Shown: in pieces, positions 52,399-63,075 of the stretch
Numbering within the stretch: position 1 is the first letter of the stretch
Layout: the number at the start of each line of letters is the position of its first letter
From: Paramoeba atlantica
Taxonomy: Eukaryota; Protista; Discosea
Direction of reading: 5' to 3'
Assembly: GCA_977017575.1 (NCBI GenBank)
Contig: CDRNVI010000041.1
Location: 62,001-126,000, forward strand
Length of the DNA stretch: 64,000 bases
Position numbers and translations under genes: made by a program
Notes under the pieces: model-generated
Database searches by the model: none
What the model saw: the letters and a program-made list of their open reading frames with translations, nothing else
What the model was told of the DNA's origin: nothing

Positions 52399-52588
52399 AG
52401 TTCAGCGGAGAAGTCGTCAATGATCTGAAGATCGGAAATAGCGAGGGAAATCCTTTAAAACAGCTGTGCGAAGATCTCTAATTAATGTGAAGACTCAGCT
52501 TTCTAGAAGCGAAATCAAAAGAAACAAGTAGTAGCGGCCCATAAACCAAAAAAAAACTTCATTTATTTTTTTCAAAAAAGGCGCAATA

Positions 52589-53317
52589 ATGCTTCACTTT
52601 GACCGACTTTGCTTCTTTTTTTATTACACTTTGAACTCTATGGAAACTGTGAACACTGCTCTCTCAATTCCCTTGCAATTCGGATATTCTGTCCTGCACA
52701 CGTGTAGTGCTTGTGGGACGGTATACGGACCTGCAGTTTCTTCCTGCCTACTCTGTTCTGAATCGATCGAAAGCTCAAAGGAATCGTCGCGTCCACCTGA
52801 TAATAGTGCTGTTCCTCATACGTCCTCAGGAATTCAATTTGACATATCCGCGAAGAATACGTTAAATCAACAAACATGGATTGCCTTGGCGTCTCAAATA
52901 TATCATGGTGTCGTGTCTCGCCCCGGTGACTCGGATCCGAGCCCTTCACTATCGACACTAATTGACGACGCGATTGAGAAGGAAATAGTGGAATTTATTC
53001 TTCCAAGACAGGTTTCTGACTTTCTGTTGCCTTCACCGGTTTCTTATTTTTGTGAGCGCTCGAGGTTACAACAGTCTAGTTCCAAAACGGCAGTAGTTTG
53101 TCGTGAACTCAAAGAGTACGAGTGCTTCCGTCCCGTAAAGCGTGTCATGAAAGAAATATGTCAAAAAAAGAGCACAGTGTCACAGGAAGAAAAATCTGAT
53201 ATATGGGAATGTACACATTGTACGTTTTATAATAGCTGCAAGAAACAACGGAGATGTGAGTGCTGCAATGCCTTGCGCGCATTTGAATCAAAGATCATCA
53301 GCACGATCCCGTCCTAG
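52589..53317 (+). CDS. RanBP2/NZF-type zinc-finger protein
   Basis: WECTHCTFYN..RCECC at the C-terminus and CSAC..CLLC at the N-terminus. Confidence 0.65.
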   Translation: MLHFDRLCFFFYYTLNSMETVNTALSIPLQFGYSVLHTCSACGTVYGPAVSSCLLCSESIESSKESSRPPDNSAVPHTSSGIQFDISAKNTLNQQTWIALASQIYHGVVSRPGDSDPSPSLSTLIDDAIEKEIVEFILPRQVSDFLLPSPVSYFCERSRLQQSSSKTAVVCRELKEYECFRPVKRVMKEICQKKSTVSQEEKSDIWECTHCTFYNSCKKQRRCECCNALRAFESKIISTIPS

Positions 53318-53783
53318 CACAACTTGCAAAAATTATTTTTCGTACCTGTTTAGTTATTTTCACTTGCTTTGAACGAATTAGAAATGTAGCATAATTTGTT
53401 TTCTTGGAGAATATCAAGATTTCGAAGAATCCTCGAGGAACCAATCTAGATTGGTGTTCTGTCCTTTAACTTGCTGCTAAGTCTCTATACTTGCCCTAGT
53501 TCGCATTCCTAGCTTCAATCTCTATGCACAATACCAGATTACATGTACATGAACCTTTTTAATATGCACCCCCCCCCTTTTTTAAATATGCACGTGAAGT
53601 CTTTTAGTTACTTCCTTGAATAACTAAGGGGGTAACGTTACAATACCGTAAATACAGTAAAATCACGCAAAATATGCAATTCATGCGATATCACACACAG
53701 TGTTTAATTTTGCAGTAAGAAACCCTTTATGATTCCGCCCACACGTTCACGCTAGTCTATATTTCTGTGCGACCTCCAACATC

Positions 53784-56717
53784 ATGCTAGAGCCTTATGT
53801 CCGCGCGTGTATGACGCGCCTGGCGCGTACCTGTGCGCAACGTCGACTTCTGGTCATCTCCTTCGCGCTTACTATTATCGCACTCACTGGGATTGGTATC
53901 CGTTTTATGGTACTTGAGGAAGATCCCGCGAAGCTTTGGGTGGAGTCTCACTCCCAGGTGGCGCAGGAGAAGAAAATATACGACGAGACATTTTCCCCTT
54001 TTTATCGTACAGAACAAATTCTTCTAACCCCTAAGAAAGGGCACAACACCACAACCAATGCAGCTGTGCTACAAGAGTTAGGGACCTGGCTCACACGGCT
54101 GCATAACGAGAAGACTTCCCGGAAACAGAATCTCGGAGACTTTTGTTGGCGTATGATTCCGGGAAAAGGTTGTTTTGAGCTCAGTCCTTTATCCTATTTC
54201 CAAGGCAACGCGACGAAAGTGTCAGAAGTCGAACAAACCTTCCCGGGAGGCACGCCTGGGTTTTTTCACTACTGCACGACGGCACTGCACAGTGACTGCT
54301 TCAGTGAGCTCGGCATCCCGGTCCAGCACTACACCGTTTTTGGGGGCGAGCATATCGAAGAGGACGCGGACACAAATGTGGGGCTTCACGCCCAGGCCTC
54401 TATGGTTACGCTGCTCCTGAATAACAGCGTCGAGGGGCGTTACCTCGCTGATGTTATGGAATGGGAACGCGATGTGTTTGTCCGACTCATGGAGGCCTAC
54501 GCCGCGAGTTCCGAGCTCGTGAATGTGTTTTACATGTCCGAGCGCTCCGTGCAAGATGCGTTAAAGGTACAGGAAAGTTCGAGTGCGGCAAACATTGCGA
54601 TTTCTTATATTGTCATGTTTTTGTACATTACTTGTGCGCTGGGTTACTTCCACCGTGTGCACAGCAAGGCAGCCGTCGCCTTTTGCGGGGTTGTTCTCGT
54701 GCTATGCTCTCTGATTTTCGCCACAGGTCTGTGTAGTTTTGCTGGTGTGTCTCTGACGCTCATTATTACGGATGTGGTGCCCTTTCTTGTTTTGGCCATT
54801 GGAGTAGACAACATGTTTATCATTAGTAGCGCGTACTGGAATGCTGCACAGCGACTCAAATCAGAGCGCGGAGTTCGCACCTTGTCTGAAATAGAAGTGA
54901 TTGATGTCATGTCGAAAGCAGTTGGAGAGGTGGGGGGCACAATGCTTCTTGCTGGAATGGCAGAATTTCTGGCATTCTCCTTAGGGGGGCTGACGTCGAT
55001 GCCCGCAGTACGCGCCTTTTCTTTCTATAGCGCTGCCTCTATCGGGTCAAATCTCATTTTGCAGTTGACCGTTTTTATTGCTATACTAACCATGGACGCG
55101 CTACGTGTTGAACGTAGAACAAGTGAGATACCGTGTTTGCCCCCAGGAAAAGATGACAGCGAAGAAACCACTGAGCTTCGTCAGATTCCGTTTACAGAAA
55201 AGGAAGACATAGAAGAGGAGTTGGATAGGAACTATTGGGGAATCGGCGTGATATTGCGACGGTTCATGAGAAGAATCTATTGCCCTTACATTTTGGAAAG
55301 CCTTCGCATCCGAACCGCTATTATTATAGCTTTCCTTAGTCTGTCTTGCGTCCTTCTTCTAGTCGGAATACCTCAGGCCAAACTCGGGTTGGATATCAAA
55401 GATCCTGTCCCAGAGAATCATTATCTGATGGACTTTTTTGTAAATTACGAAACGTATGGTCAAAGTGGACCCCCGCTCTACTTTGTAAACAAACCCAAGA
55501 AAGATCACACAGGACGACTGCGCGCCATCAACTACACTGATCCCCATACCATACACCACCTTAGCCAGCTGAACTCTGTGCTACAAAACGAGACCCCCTT
55601 TGTGGTGCCCCAATCTGTGGCCTTCTGGTATTCTGATTTTCGTCGTTTTCTTTGTCACAATGCGAATGCAACGGTGGCTGAGTTTCGTCCAGGAAACGGC
55701 TGTGTGAACTACACCGTCCCAGGTAACCCGGAAGCTGATCTCTTTGCCTACTTTCAGTGTGATCCCTACACCATGATGGCGGACTATATCCCCCCGGATG
55801 ACTTTCCTTCCCTGCTGCGTCAATTTCGAGACTCCCCCCAGTGTTGTCTCTCACGTGACCGAGAAACCGGACAGGAGGGGAATACCGGAATCTGCGGATT
55901 CCAATACACCTCGGAGATTGATTTTGGAAAGTGCTACACCGACGCGCATGACAACCACGTCTATCTGTTGTCCGAATCCGACAAACCCTCTGTCGTCCCC
56001 GAAAACACCACCGAGTGCGTTCGCGGGAGTCGGATCCGCACCCAAACCACGAAACTCACCACCAGCGAGGACTACATCGGTAGCTTTCTCTCCGCGCACA
56101 ACGCCACACGCTGGTTCAACCACGAAATCGAAACCGACGGGGGCAACGCCTTCACCGTGTTCCCCTACTCCATCTACTTTCTCTACTACGCCCAGTACGA
56201 GAGCCTCGCGAACACCGCGGGGTGGCACGTCGGGACGGCACTCACGGTGACCGCCCTGGTGAGTTTCGCCATGCTCGGCTCGCTCAGCACCACGGTGTTC
56301 GTGCTGCTGACCCTGGTGATGATTCTGGTCGACCTGGTCGCGGTGATGTCCCTCTGGGGGGTACGGGTTAATGCCATCAGCGTGGTGAATTTGGTCATGG
56401 CCGTGGGGATCTCGGTGGAGTTCTGTGTGCACATGGCGATGGGGTATCAGCTGGTGCGGGGGAGTGCGGGCGAGCGTATGCGGCGCACCATGGTTGATGT
56501 CGGCACGAATGTGTTTTGTGGGATCACGCTGACAAAGCTTTTGGGCGTTTGCGTGTTGAACTTCTCCCCCAGCTTGGTGTTTCGTATTTACTATTTTCGT
56601 ATGTATCTCGCAATTATTGTATTGGGCGGGTTACATGGCCTGTTGTTCCTACCCGCGATGCTAGCCCAGTTTGGGGCTCCTTCGGTGAAGCAAAGGGTCA
56701 GGTGGTTCTCGTGGTAG
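53784..56717 (+). CDS. Niemann-Pick C1-like / Patched-family sterol-sensing transporter
   Basis: DPAKLWV, PFYRTEQI, VVPFLVLAIGVDNMFI, MPAVRAF, FPYSIYFLYYAQY, GISVEFCVH, FRIYYFRMY, HGLLFLP. Confidence 0.93.
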   Translation: MLEPYVRACMTRLARTCAQRRLLVISFALTIIALTGIGIRFMVLEEDPAKLWVESHSQVAQEKKIYDETFSPFYRTEQILLTPKKGHNTTTNAAVLQELGTWLTRLHNEKTSRKQNLGDFCWRMIPGKGCFELSPLSYFQGNATKVSEVEQTFPGGTPGFFHYCTTALHSDCFSELGIPVQHYTVFGGEHIEEDADTNVGLHAQASMVTLLLNNSVEGRYLADVMEWERDVFVRLMEAYAASSELVNVFYMSERSVQDALKVQESSSAANIAISYIVMFLYITCALGYFHRVHSKAAVAFCGVVLVLCSLIFATGLCSFAGVSLTLIITDVVPFLVLAIGVDNMFIISSAYWNAAQRLKSERGVRTLSEIEVIDVMSKAVGEVGGTMLLAGMAEFLAFSLGGLTSMPAVRAFSFYSAASIGSNLILQLTVFIAILTMDALRVERRTSEIPCLPPGKDDSEETTELRQIPFTEKEDIEEELDRNYWGIGVILRRFMRRIYCPYILESLRIRTAIIIAFLSLSCVLLLVGIPQAKLGLDIKDPVPENHYLMDFFVNYETYGQSGPPLYFVNKPKKDHTGRLRAINYTDPHTIHHLSQLNSVLQNETPFVVPQSVAFWYSDFRRFLCHNANATVAEFRPGNGCVNYTVPGNPEADLFAYFQCDPYTMMADYIPPDDFPSLLRQFRDSPQCCLSRDRETGQEGNTGICGFQYTSEIDFGKCYTDAHDNHVYLLSESDKPSVVPENTTECVRGSRIRTQTTKLTTSEDYIGSFLSAHNATRWFNHEIETDGGNAFTVFPYSIYFLYYAQYESLANTAGWHVGTALTVTALVSFAMLGSLSTTVFVLLTLVMILVDLVAVMSLWGVRVNAISVVNLVMAVGISVEFCVHMAMGYQLVRGSAGERMRRTMVDVGTNVFCGITLTKLLGVCVLNFSPSLVFRIYYFRMYLAIIVLGGLHGLLFLPAMLAQFGAPSVKQRVRWFSW

Positions 56718-57005
56718 GTATATGATTAGGGGTTACTATGGTTTGGTTTCTTGCATGGGCAACTTACTAATATCGAATTACTGTAGTATGTACGAGTAGG
56801 CCACATGAACTTCTTTTTCGATTCTAAGTTTGTATTCATTTTCACCCTTCTGAACATAATACAGAATGTAGTTGTGTCTACTAGGGCATCCAGCACCATT
56901 TTCTCTTTTTCTGAGGGCCGTTGAAGTAACTTTACTGTACGCGTCTGGCATTCAAACAAAACAAAGAAACTTTTATTTATTACAGTTTTCTCAGTATTTT
57001 CGCCC

Positions 57006-58418
57006 ATGTACACCCATTTTCGCACCCCCTGGCTCTGCCTTCGTCGTGCCTCCACCGAGCCCGCTCCCCTTTTCACCTCCCTACTCCGCACCTACGTAAT
57101 CGGGAGCGCGGCCTCCCATTCGCGTGTGCTTCCTTTCCCCGAGGACGTAGCCCGAGCACTCAAGACCCTCGGCATCTCCCACTCTCGCGAGGCCAATTCC
57201 GCGAACGTGAAGAAACGGTACAAACAGCTTGTCGCGACGTGTCACCCCGACGTCCCGGGGGGCAGCGATGCCCGCATGAAATGCGTCAACACGGCCTATG
57301 ATGTGATCCGGCAGTATGAGGAGAAGAATGGCGGGACGCTACGTCCGGAAGCCACGGCCTCGACGCAGAATCCAACCTCTGCAGAATACTATGACCCACA
57401 TGAGACATCACTCTACCCCCCGGGGTGTGATCAGGATACCTATGAGGCGTTCATGCAGTATGCTTCACAATCCTCACGAGGAGGTCCGTTTCGCCGGGGA
57501 GATTTTGAGATACACGAGGAAGCAGAAGATATTCGACCGCCTTTTTCAAAACGAGGACGTAAAGGACAGTCTATTCTTCGTGGGATGGGGTTTAACGTGG
57601 GCTATGATGAGGATTTTGCCTACGAGCCCGAGGGTTATGTTAATTTTAATGACAAGCCAGAGACGGAGTGGCAGAGGGCATTTTGGGAAATGTCCGACGG
57701 GGAAGAGGAGGTCCCGGATCCCAGTCTGTTTACCAGCCGCCGACAACGTCCTGAGCGTCAGGGGATGGATCAGGGCTCGTTCTTTAACCATGTAGATGAA
57801 TTCTTTTATAACCCCGAGGATCGACGACGTAGCACGCAGAGAGACAAACGTGGCAAGGCGGAAAGAGGGGGCGAAACGCCTGTTGCTGGAGCATGGAACG
57901 CACATGAAGCAGATGCTTTTGAAAATATGTTTCACAAGGAAGGTAAATCTTTTCGTGAAATTGCACGAAAGCTGAGTCGTCCCGTTCAAGAGGTGATGGA
58001 GTACTACAATAAGGTAAGTGATCGAAAAACGGGTACATCGGATCAGAAAAATGGCCAAGATCGCACACCCACCAAACCACAAACGAATTCGACTAATCGG
58101 AACACGTCAAGCAGTTCACGTTCGACGCCTAGCGATTCTCGATCCTCCAAACTGCCACATGGGATTGACGAAGATGATATGTTCTATAGTCCTAATCGGT
58201 ATTATGGCACTCGAGGCATGAGACAAGATCGTCGCCCGCATACCGATAGCAAATTTTCTTATGGCAAACAGACCGAAGAAATTCGCAGGACATGGTCATC
58301 AAACAGGAACTCGGATCGTTCGAATCTCCCATTTCGGGGAAGGCATCGCCAAAACCAGAGCAATCGGAAGCATCGAAATGGTCCATATGAGTACGATGAG
58401 CCGGATGACTGGGTTTGA
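57006..58418 (+). CDS. DnaJ-domain protein, probably mitochondrial
   Basis: VKKRYKQLVATCHPDV..MKCVNTAYDVI J-domain (HPD) after a presequence-like N-terminus. Confidence 0.88.
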   Translation: MYTHFRTPWLCLRRASTEPAPLFTSLLRTYVIGSAASHSRVLPFPEDVARALKTLGISHSREANSANVKKRYKQLVATCHPDVPGGSDARMKCVNTAYDVIRQYEEKNGGTLRPEATASTQNPTSAEYYDPHETSLYPPGCDQDTYEAFMQYASQSSRGGPFRRGDFEIHEEAEDIRPPFSKRGRKGQSILRGMGFNVGYDEDFAYEPEGYVNFNDKPETEWQRAFWEMSDGEEEVPDPSLFTSRRQRPERQGMDQGSFFNHVDEFFYNPEDRRRSTQRDKRGKAERGGETPVAGAWNAHEADAFENMFHKEGKSFREIARKLSRPVQEVMEYYNKVSDRKTGTSDQKNGQDRTPTKPQTNSTNRNTSSSSRSTPSDSRSSKLPHGIDEDDMFYSPNRYYGTRGMRQDRRPHTDSKFSYGKQTEEIRRTWSSNRNSDRSNLPFRGRHRQNQSNRKHRNGPYEYDEPDDWV

Positions 58419-58810
58419 AAACGATTCACGGTGCTAGAAGCTGCAATCTCTAACTATTGCACACCACTTTTGATTGTACTACGGGTTTTTTGCTCAAATC
58501 GTTGGAAGGATATCTTTCCCTTACGTAGGTATAGACTTTTCCCCAACGTAGGTACGGGGGGCGACATCTTGCTAATTATCAATTACTTTCAGTTACGTAT
58601 CAATTATCAATTACTTTCAGTTACATATTACGTCTACATACGAATTCGCAAATTAAGAAATGTTTTCGACATAATTTATTTATTTATAAATTAATTCCTG
58701 AATTATGCTATCTACGATGAATTGCAAGCTCTTATACTTCTTACATATTTTGTAGTATTTTCGTTTCAAAAACTTTGATTTATTGATATCTTGAATAATT
58801 TATTCTTATA

Positions 58811-61072
58811 ATGTCGCGAAAGAAAAGCAAGGCGAAGGCGAAAGACCGCTTGGATCAGTACTACGAGCTTGCAAAGCAGCAAGGTTATCGCGCTCGTAGT
58901 GCTTTTAAGTTACTCCAACTTCACCGGAAATACGAGTTTCTTGCCAATGCTCACACTTTAGTGGATCTCTGTGCCGCTCCAGGGGGATGGCTTCAAGTTG
59001 CCGCTAAGTATATGCCCATTACATCGAAAATTGTGGGTGTGGACTTGGACCCGATTCGTCCTATTCCCGGTTGCAAATGTTTGACAGGTGACATCTATCA
59101 CGACCGAACGTTGAAAAATATCACCAACTATTTGAAAGGAGCTCAAGCAGATATAGTCCTACATGACGGTGCCCCGAATGTGGGAGGGGTATGGAGCAAG
59201 GAGTCGTTTGCTCAAAATCAACTTGTGTTGCAGGCGTGTAAGGTAGCCACACAGTTGTTGTCTCCTGGAGGATGGTTTGTGACGAAAGTTTTCCGCGGAG
59301 AAGACTTCAACAAAGTTTTATGGGTGCTGAAACAGTTTTTCGGTAAAGTGGAAACCACAAAGCCACTGGCCAGTCGGATGGAGAGCGCTGAGGTCTTTGT
59401 CGTTTGTCATGAATATAAAGCACCACGGAAGATTGACCCGAGGTTTTTCAAAGTAGGTGAGGTGTTTCGAGAGACAACTGAAACGGATAGTGGAGCTGCA
59501 ATTGCATCGAAGAGTGTAAGCAAAGTCCCACAAGGGTTTGAGAAAATGGGCCCTCAGTTTACGGCGGCAACGATAACGCAGTTTCTTCGCACGGAGGATC
59601 CAAAGGAATTTCTCCACTCTGTTAGTGAGATACGATTTGATCCGACCTTGGAAAATGAAACAGAGTACAAACGTAGCACATGTTCTATTAAGGAATTACT
59701 CTACTTATGCACGGACCTACGTCAAGTAAGTAACGCCGATCAAAAACGCCTGCTACGCTGGCGAGAGAAACTTTTAAAATTGAATTTGCACAAGGATTCC
59801 GTAGAAAGTGTGCCCAACTCTGACGGAGGGCTTACCGATGTAAAGGAAATTGAACTGCAATCTCTGCATTCATCAGACGAGGAAGCAGCTCTCGAGGATG
59901 AAATATCACAACTTCGTCGACGTCGCGAAAAAGAACAGAAGCGAAAGGAGCAACAAGTAGTGGATCGTAAACTGCGACATCTAGGCCGAGTACTGCACCA
60001 TGACCCTATGTGGGTGGACGCAGATACTACCCCTGTTTCTTCTTTTCAATACCTGAAGTCAGACGACTTTGATGCAAACTGTGAGGTGGGGCGTGAAATC
60101 TCGCCGGAGAGGATTACAGGTAAACTACGACCCCAGGATTCGGAAAACTCAGACACCGACTCTACAGATGAAAGCGAAGAGATTGATGAAACTCAGGCGT
60201 ATCCCATTGGAAAATCGGCACGAAATTACCACCGACGTATGGAACAAGTTTTGGATAGTACTTTTGTCCCTCAAAAGGAAAGCATGAAAAAGAAACGCAA
60301 ACACGAGGATAATGATAACGAAGTTGTGGTAAAGTACACTGAAGAGCTACGCGACACCGATGCGTACACTGCCTCTGAGAGCTCGGATTCCGCCTCTGAG
60401 ACAGAGAAAACGGAGGCGAATGATTCGGGTTTTAACCTCATCCATGCGCCACGCAGTTCTGCCGTCCCATTGAAATCTGTCACAGAAGCCACTTTGCAAG
60501 AATTGGTCCGTCGAGATCGCAAGGATCAGTCGACGCAAGCTAAGAAAAAGAAAAATGCGTCATCTGGAGCGGTAGCTTTCGAGGAAATTCCAATGGCGTT
60601 GACAGACCCGGAAACTCGAGCACGCACTTTGGCAATTGCTACGAAAATGCTCGACAAAAAGGCACGGCGAGAGATTTTGGAGGGGGCGATTCACAAGTAC
60701 ACCCATGGACCCGAGGAGGGACTACCCGAGTGGTTCGTTAAGGATGAACGACGACATTGCTTTCGCACTCTGCCGGTTACAAAGGAGGAGATTGAGCTTC
60801 AGCGTTCACGCTTCAGAGAAATAAATCTGCGACCATGTAAAAAAGTGGCAGAGGCCGTTGGGCGGAAAAGGAGAAAGGCAACTCGAGTGCTCCACAAACT
60901 TCAGAAGAAAGGACGAACAGACCCGAAGGCACGACAAAAGGCAGAAAAACTTTCCGTTCGTCGACTCATGAGATCTCAGACACTGAGGTCACAGAAGAAA
61001 AAGCCTCTAGATGATAAATTGAAAGGGGAAAAAATGCGAAAACACCAGGCTGCGAAACGACGCAGAAGGTAA
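58811..61072 (+). CDS. SPB1: rRNA 2'-O-methyltransferase Spb1/FTSJ3
   Basis: YRARSAFKL, DLCAAPGGWLQV, HDGAPNVG, KVFR, SRMESAEVFVVC, C-terminal PEWFVKDE and KKVAEA. Confidence 0.97.
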   Translation: MSRKKSKAKAKDRLDQYYELAKQQGYRARSAFKLLQLHRKYEFLANAHTLVDLCAAPGGWLQVAAKYMPITSKIVGVDLDPIRPIPGCKCLTGDIYHDRTLKNITNYLKGAQADIVLHDGAPNVGGVWSKESFAQNQLVLQACKVATQLLSPGGWFVTKVFRGEDFNKVLWVLKQFFGKVETTKPLASRMESAEVFVVCHEYKAPRKIDPRFFKVGEVFRETTETDSGAAIASKSVSKVPQGFEKMGPQFTAATITQFLRTEDPKEFLHSVSEIRFDPTLENETEYKRSTCSIKELLYLCTDLRQVSNADQKRLLRWREKLLKLNLHKDSVESVPNSDGGLTDVKEIELQSLHSSDEEAALEDEISQLRRRREKEQKRKEQQVVDRKLRHLGRVLHHDPMWVDADTTPVSSFQYLKSDDFDANCEVGREISPERITGKLRPQDSENSDTDSTDESEEIDETQAYPIGKSARNYHRRMEQVLDSTFVPQKESMKKKRKHEDNDNEVVVKYTEELRDTDAYTASESSDSASETEKTEANDSGFNLIHAPRSSAVPLKSVTEATLQELVRRDRKDQSTQAKKKKNASSGAVAFEEIPMALTDPETRARTLAIATKMLDKKARREILEGAIHKYTHGPEEGLPEWFVKDERRHCFRTLPVTKEEIELQRSRFREINLRPCKKVAEAVGRKRRKATRVLHKLQKKGRTDPKARQKAEKLSVRRLMRSQTLRSQKKKPLDDKLKGEKMRKHQAAKRRRR

Positions 61073-61346
61073 GATTTGGTCAATACTTCATATTCATATT
61101 GTTATTGTAGCGCGTTAGAAAGTTTCACTCTACATGTCTTGTTTGCAATCTTTATTGGGTTTTACACTTTGTCTTTTATGGTACAGCATTAATTTAATTA
61201 ATGTGCTTTACGGCATGATTATTTTATTCGATTGACTTTGCCTAAGTAAGTATAAGTATCCCGGAAGTTTTTTTCCCATATGAGAAAAACCACATGTGCG
61301 AGTCACAAATTGTAGTGTACATAAAGTACTTTTCGTATGTCTTTTA

Positions 61347-62471
61347 ATGATGCTACGAGCCAATCAGTTTAGGAAAAGTCGACGCTACCATTTTCAAAGT
61401 CGAGCATTTTGGACTCGTACATCTATGGTAGCTAAAGAGCGATACACATCCTACGGAACATTCTTGGCGCATTGGGCGTCCCTTATTCGTTTTCGTAGTC
61501 CTACAGGCACTGCTTTGCTTTTACTTCCCTGTTATGCAGGTATGGCAGCAGCTGCCAGCTCAGATATTGCTCGACTCGGAGTTCAGAGTCAATTTTTCGC
61601 CCTTCCATTCTATCCTGTCGGTTTTAGTGTACTGTTTGCGGCAGGAGCCTTTACTATGCGAAGTGCTGGGTGCATTGTAAACGACATGTGGGATAAAGAT
61701 ATTGATCGACAGGTATGGAGAACACGATATCGCCCCCTAGCTTCGGGTTGCCTGTCGTTTACTCAGGGATATGCTATTTTATCCGTTCATCTTATACTTG
61801 GTATGGCAGTGGTACTTTGTCTCGACCCGCTGAGCCTTGGGCTCGCCCTGGCATCGGTTCCTTTGGCGGCTCTGTATCCTCTGGCAAAACGATATCTCAA
61901 TTGTCCTCAATTCATACTTGGGTTATGCTTCAATTCTGGCGTCTATATCGCTCACACAAGCGTGCTGGGAGAGATTAGCTGGTCTACGAGTGTTCCAATT
62001 GTTCTTCCCTTGTACTCCGCGTTTGTGATATGGACCGTGATTTACGATACCGTGTACGCATTTCAGGATGCGAAGGACGATAGAACTCTTGGAATAGGGT
62101 CGTTTGCTCTTTACTTGGGATGCCGAAAAACATTTCTGTATTTTCTTCTGTTGCCAATGGGGTTCTTGTTCATGTTGGCCGGATGGAATGCGAATCAGCA
62201 CAGAGCATATTTTGGAATCCTTCTTTTTTCTATGGCGTACTTGACCTTTTTGCTTTCATCTGTACGTGCAGGCAGTCCTGGTACGTGCTCATTCTTTTTT
62301 CGGCGTATGCCTCTCGTGGGAGCGCTTTTCGTACTTAGTTGGACAATTGGAAATATTTTGAATGTTTCACCAGTCACTCATTCCTTTTTGAAGTTAAATA
62401 TATTAGGCAATTCTACGGATGCGGATCAGGTTAAATTGACAGAAAACGAAAAGAAGGATTTCGAGAAGTAA
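61347..62471 (+). CDS. COQ2: 4-hydroxybenzoate polyprenyltransferase
   Basis: MRSAGCIVNDMWDKDIDRQVWRTRYRPLASG, YPLAKR, YDTVYAFQDAKDD; first ATG at 61347. Confidence 0.95.
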   Translation: MMLRANQFRKSRRYHFQSRAFWTRTSMVAKERYTSYGTFLAHWASLIRFRSPTGTALLLLPCYAGMAAAASSDIARLGVQSQFFALPFYPVGFSVLFAAGAFTMRSAGCIVNDMWDKDIDRQVWRTRYRPLASGCLSFTQGYAILSVHLILGMAVVLCLDPLSLGLALASVPLAALYPLAKRYLNCPQFILGLCFNSGVYIAHTSVLGEISWSTSVPIVLPLYSAFVIWTVIYDTVYAFQDAKDDRTLGIGSFALYLGCRKTFLYFLLLPMGFLFMLAGWNANQHRAYFGILLFSMAYLTFLLSSVRAGSPGTCSFFFRRMPLVGALFVLSWTIGNILNVSPVTHSFLKLNILGNSTDADQVKLTENEKKDFEK

Positions 62472-63075
62472 TAACTCCGACTTAATCTGCATGCATATGG
62501 TGTTAATACGAACCAACATTCCAACATACTTCGTCATGAAAACACATTGTAGTGTTAGTTACTTTTCATGTGGAATATACGACGAGAATATCAGATTTGT
62601 GTATCTGTAGTTCAGAACGTGATCTAGTCTGAATTACGCTCTTTCATATTCCACAGTTTGAGTTTCCACAGTTCAGTTTTGAGAGAATCTCTGTCTCACC
62701 CATGCACACTTCAATTGTATACTGTACGTCTAATCTCTCTAAAGTACCGATAACAGCGACCCGACATTTGCTCTGACTGACATATTTTGGTCGTTCCAGA
62801 CTTTGCGACGTGGTCGTTCACTTCCGAGTACGAGAATTTATTAGAAAGAACCTAGCAGCGTATTCTGTAACTTAGAAAAACAGGGCAAATGACCAAAAAT
62901 AAGTCATTCTTTATGTAAAATTTACCATCTATTCATACATATCCCTAATACGGATAGTCGTCTCGCAAAAAAAGTATCTTTTACTAGGATAAGGTTTAAA
63001 ATCTTTTGTGATAGCACTTCCATATTACTGTGCTCGCAAAAATTAATAAAACTTTTATTGTAAATTAATAAAAAC

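Noticed and set aside
55798-56432. 150-aa + and 193-aa minus ORFs over NPC1
   Set aside because: Alternative-frame shadows in the skewed GC island
58574-58624. 23-bp direct duplication AATTATCAATTACTTTCAGTTAC
   Set aside because: Real, but a simple local slippage duplication; similar ones occur near 20707, 25115, 33965 and 43230
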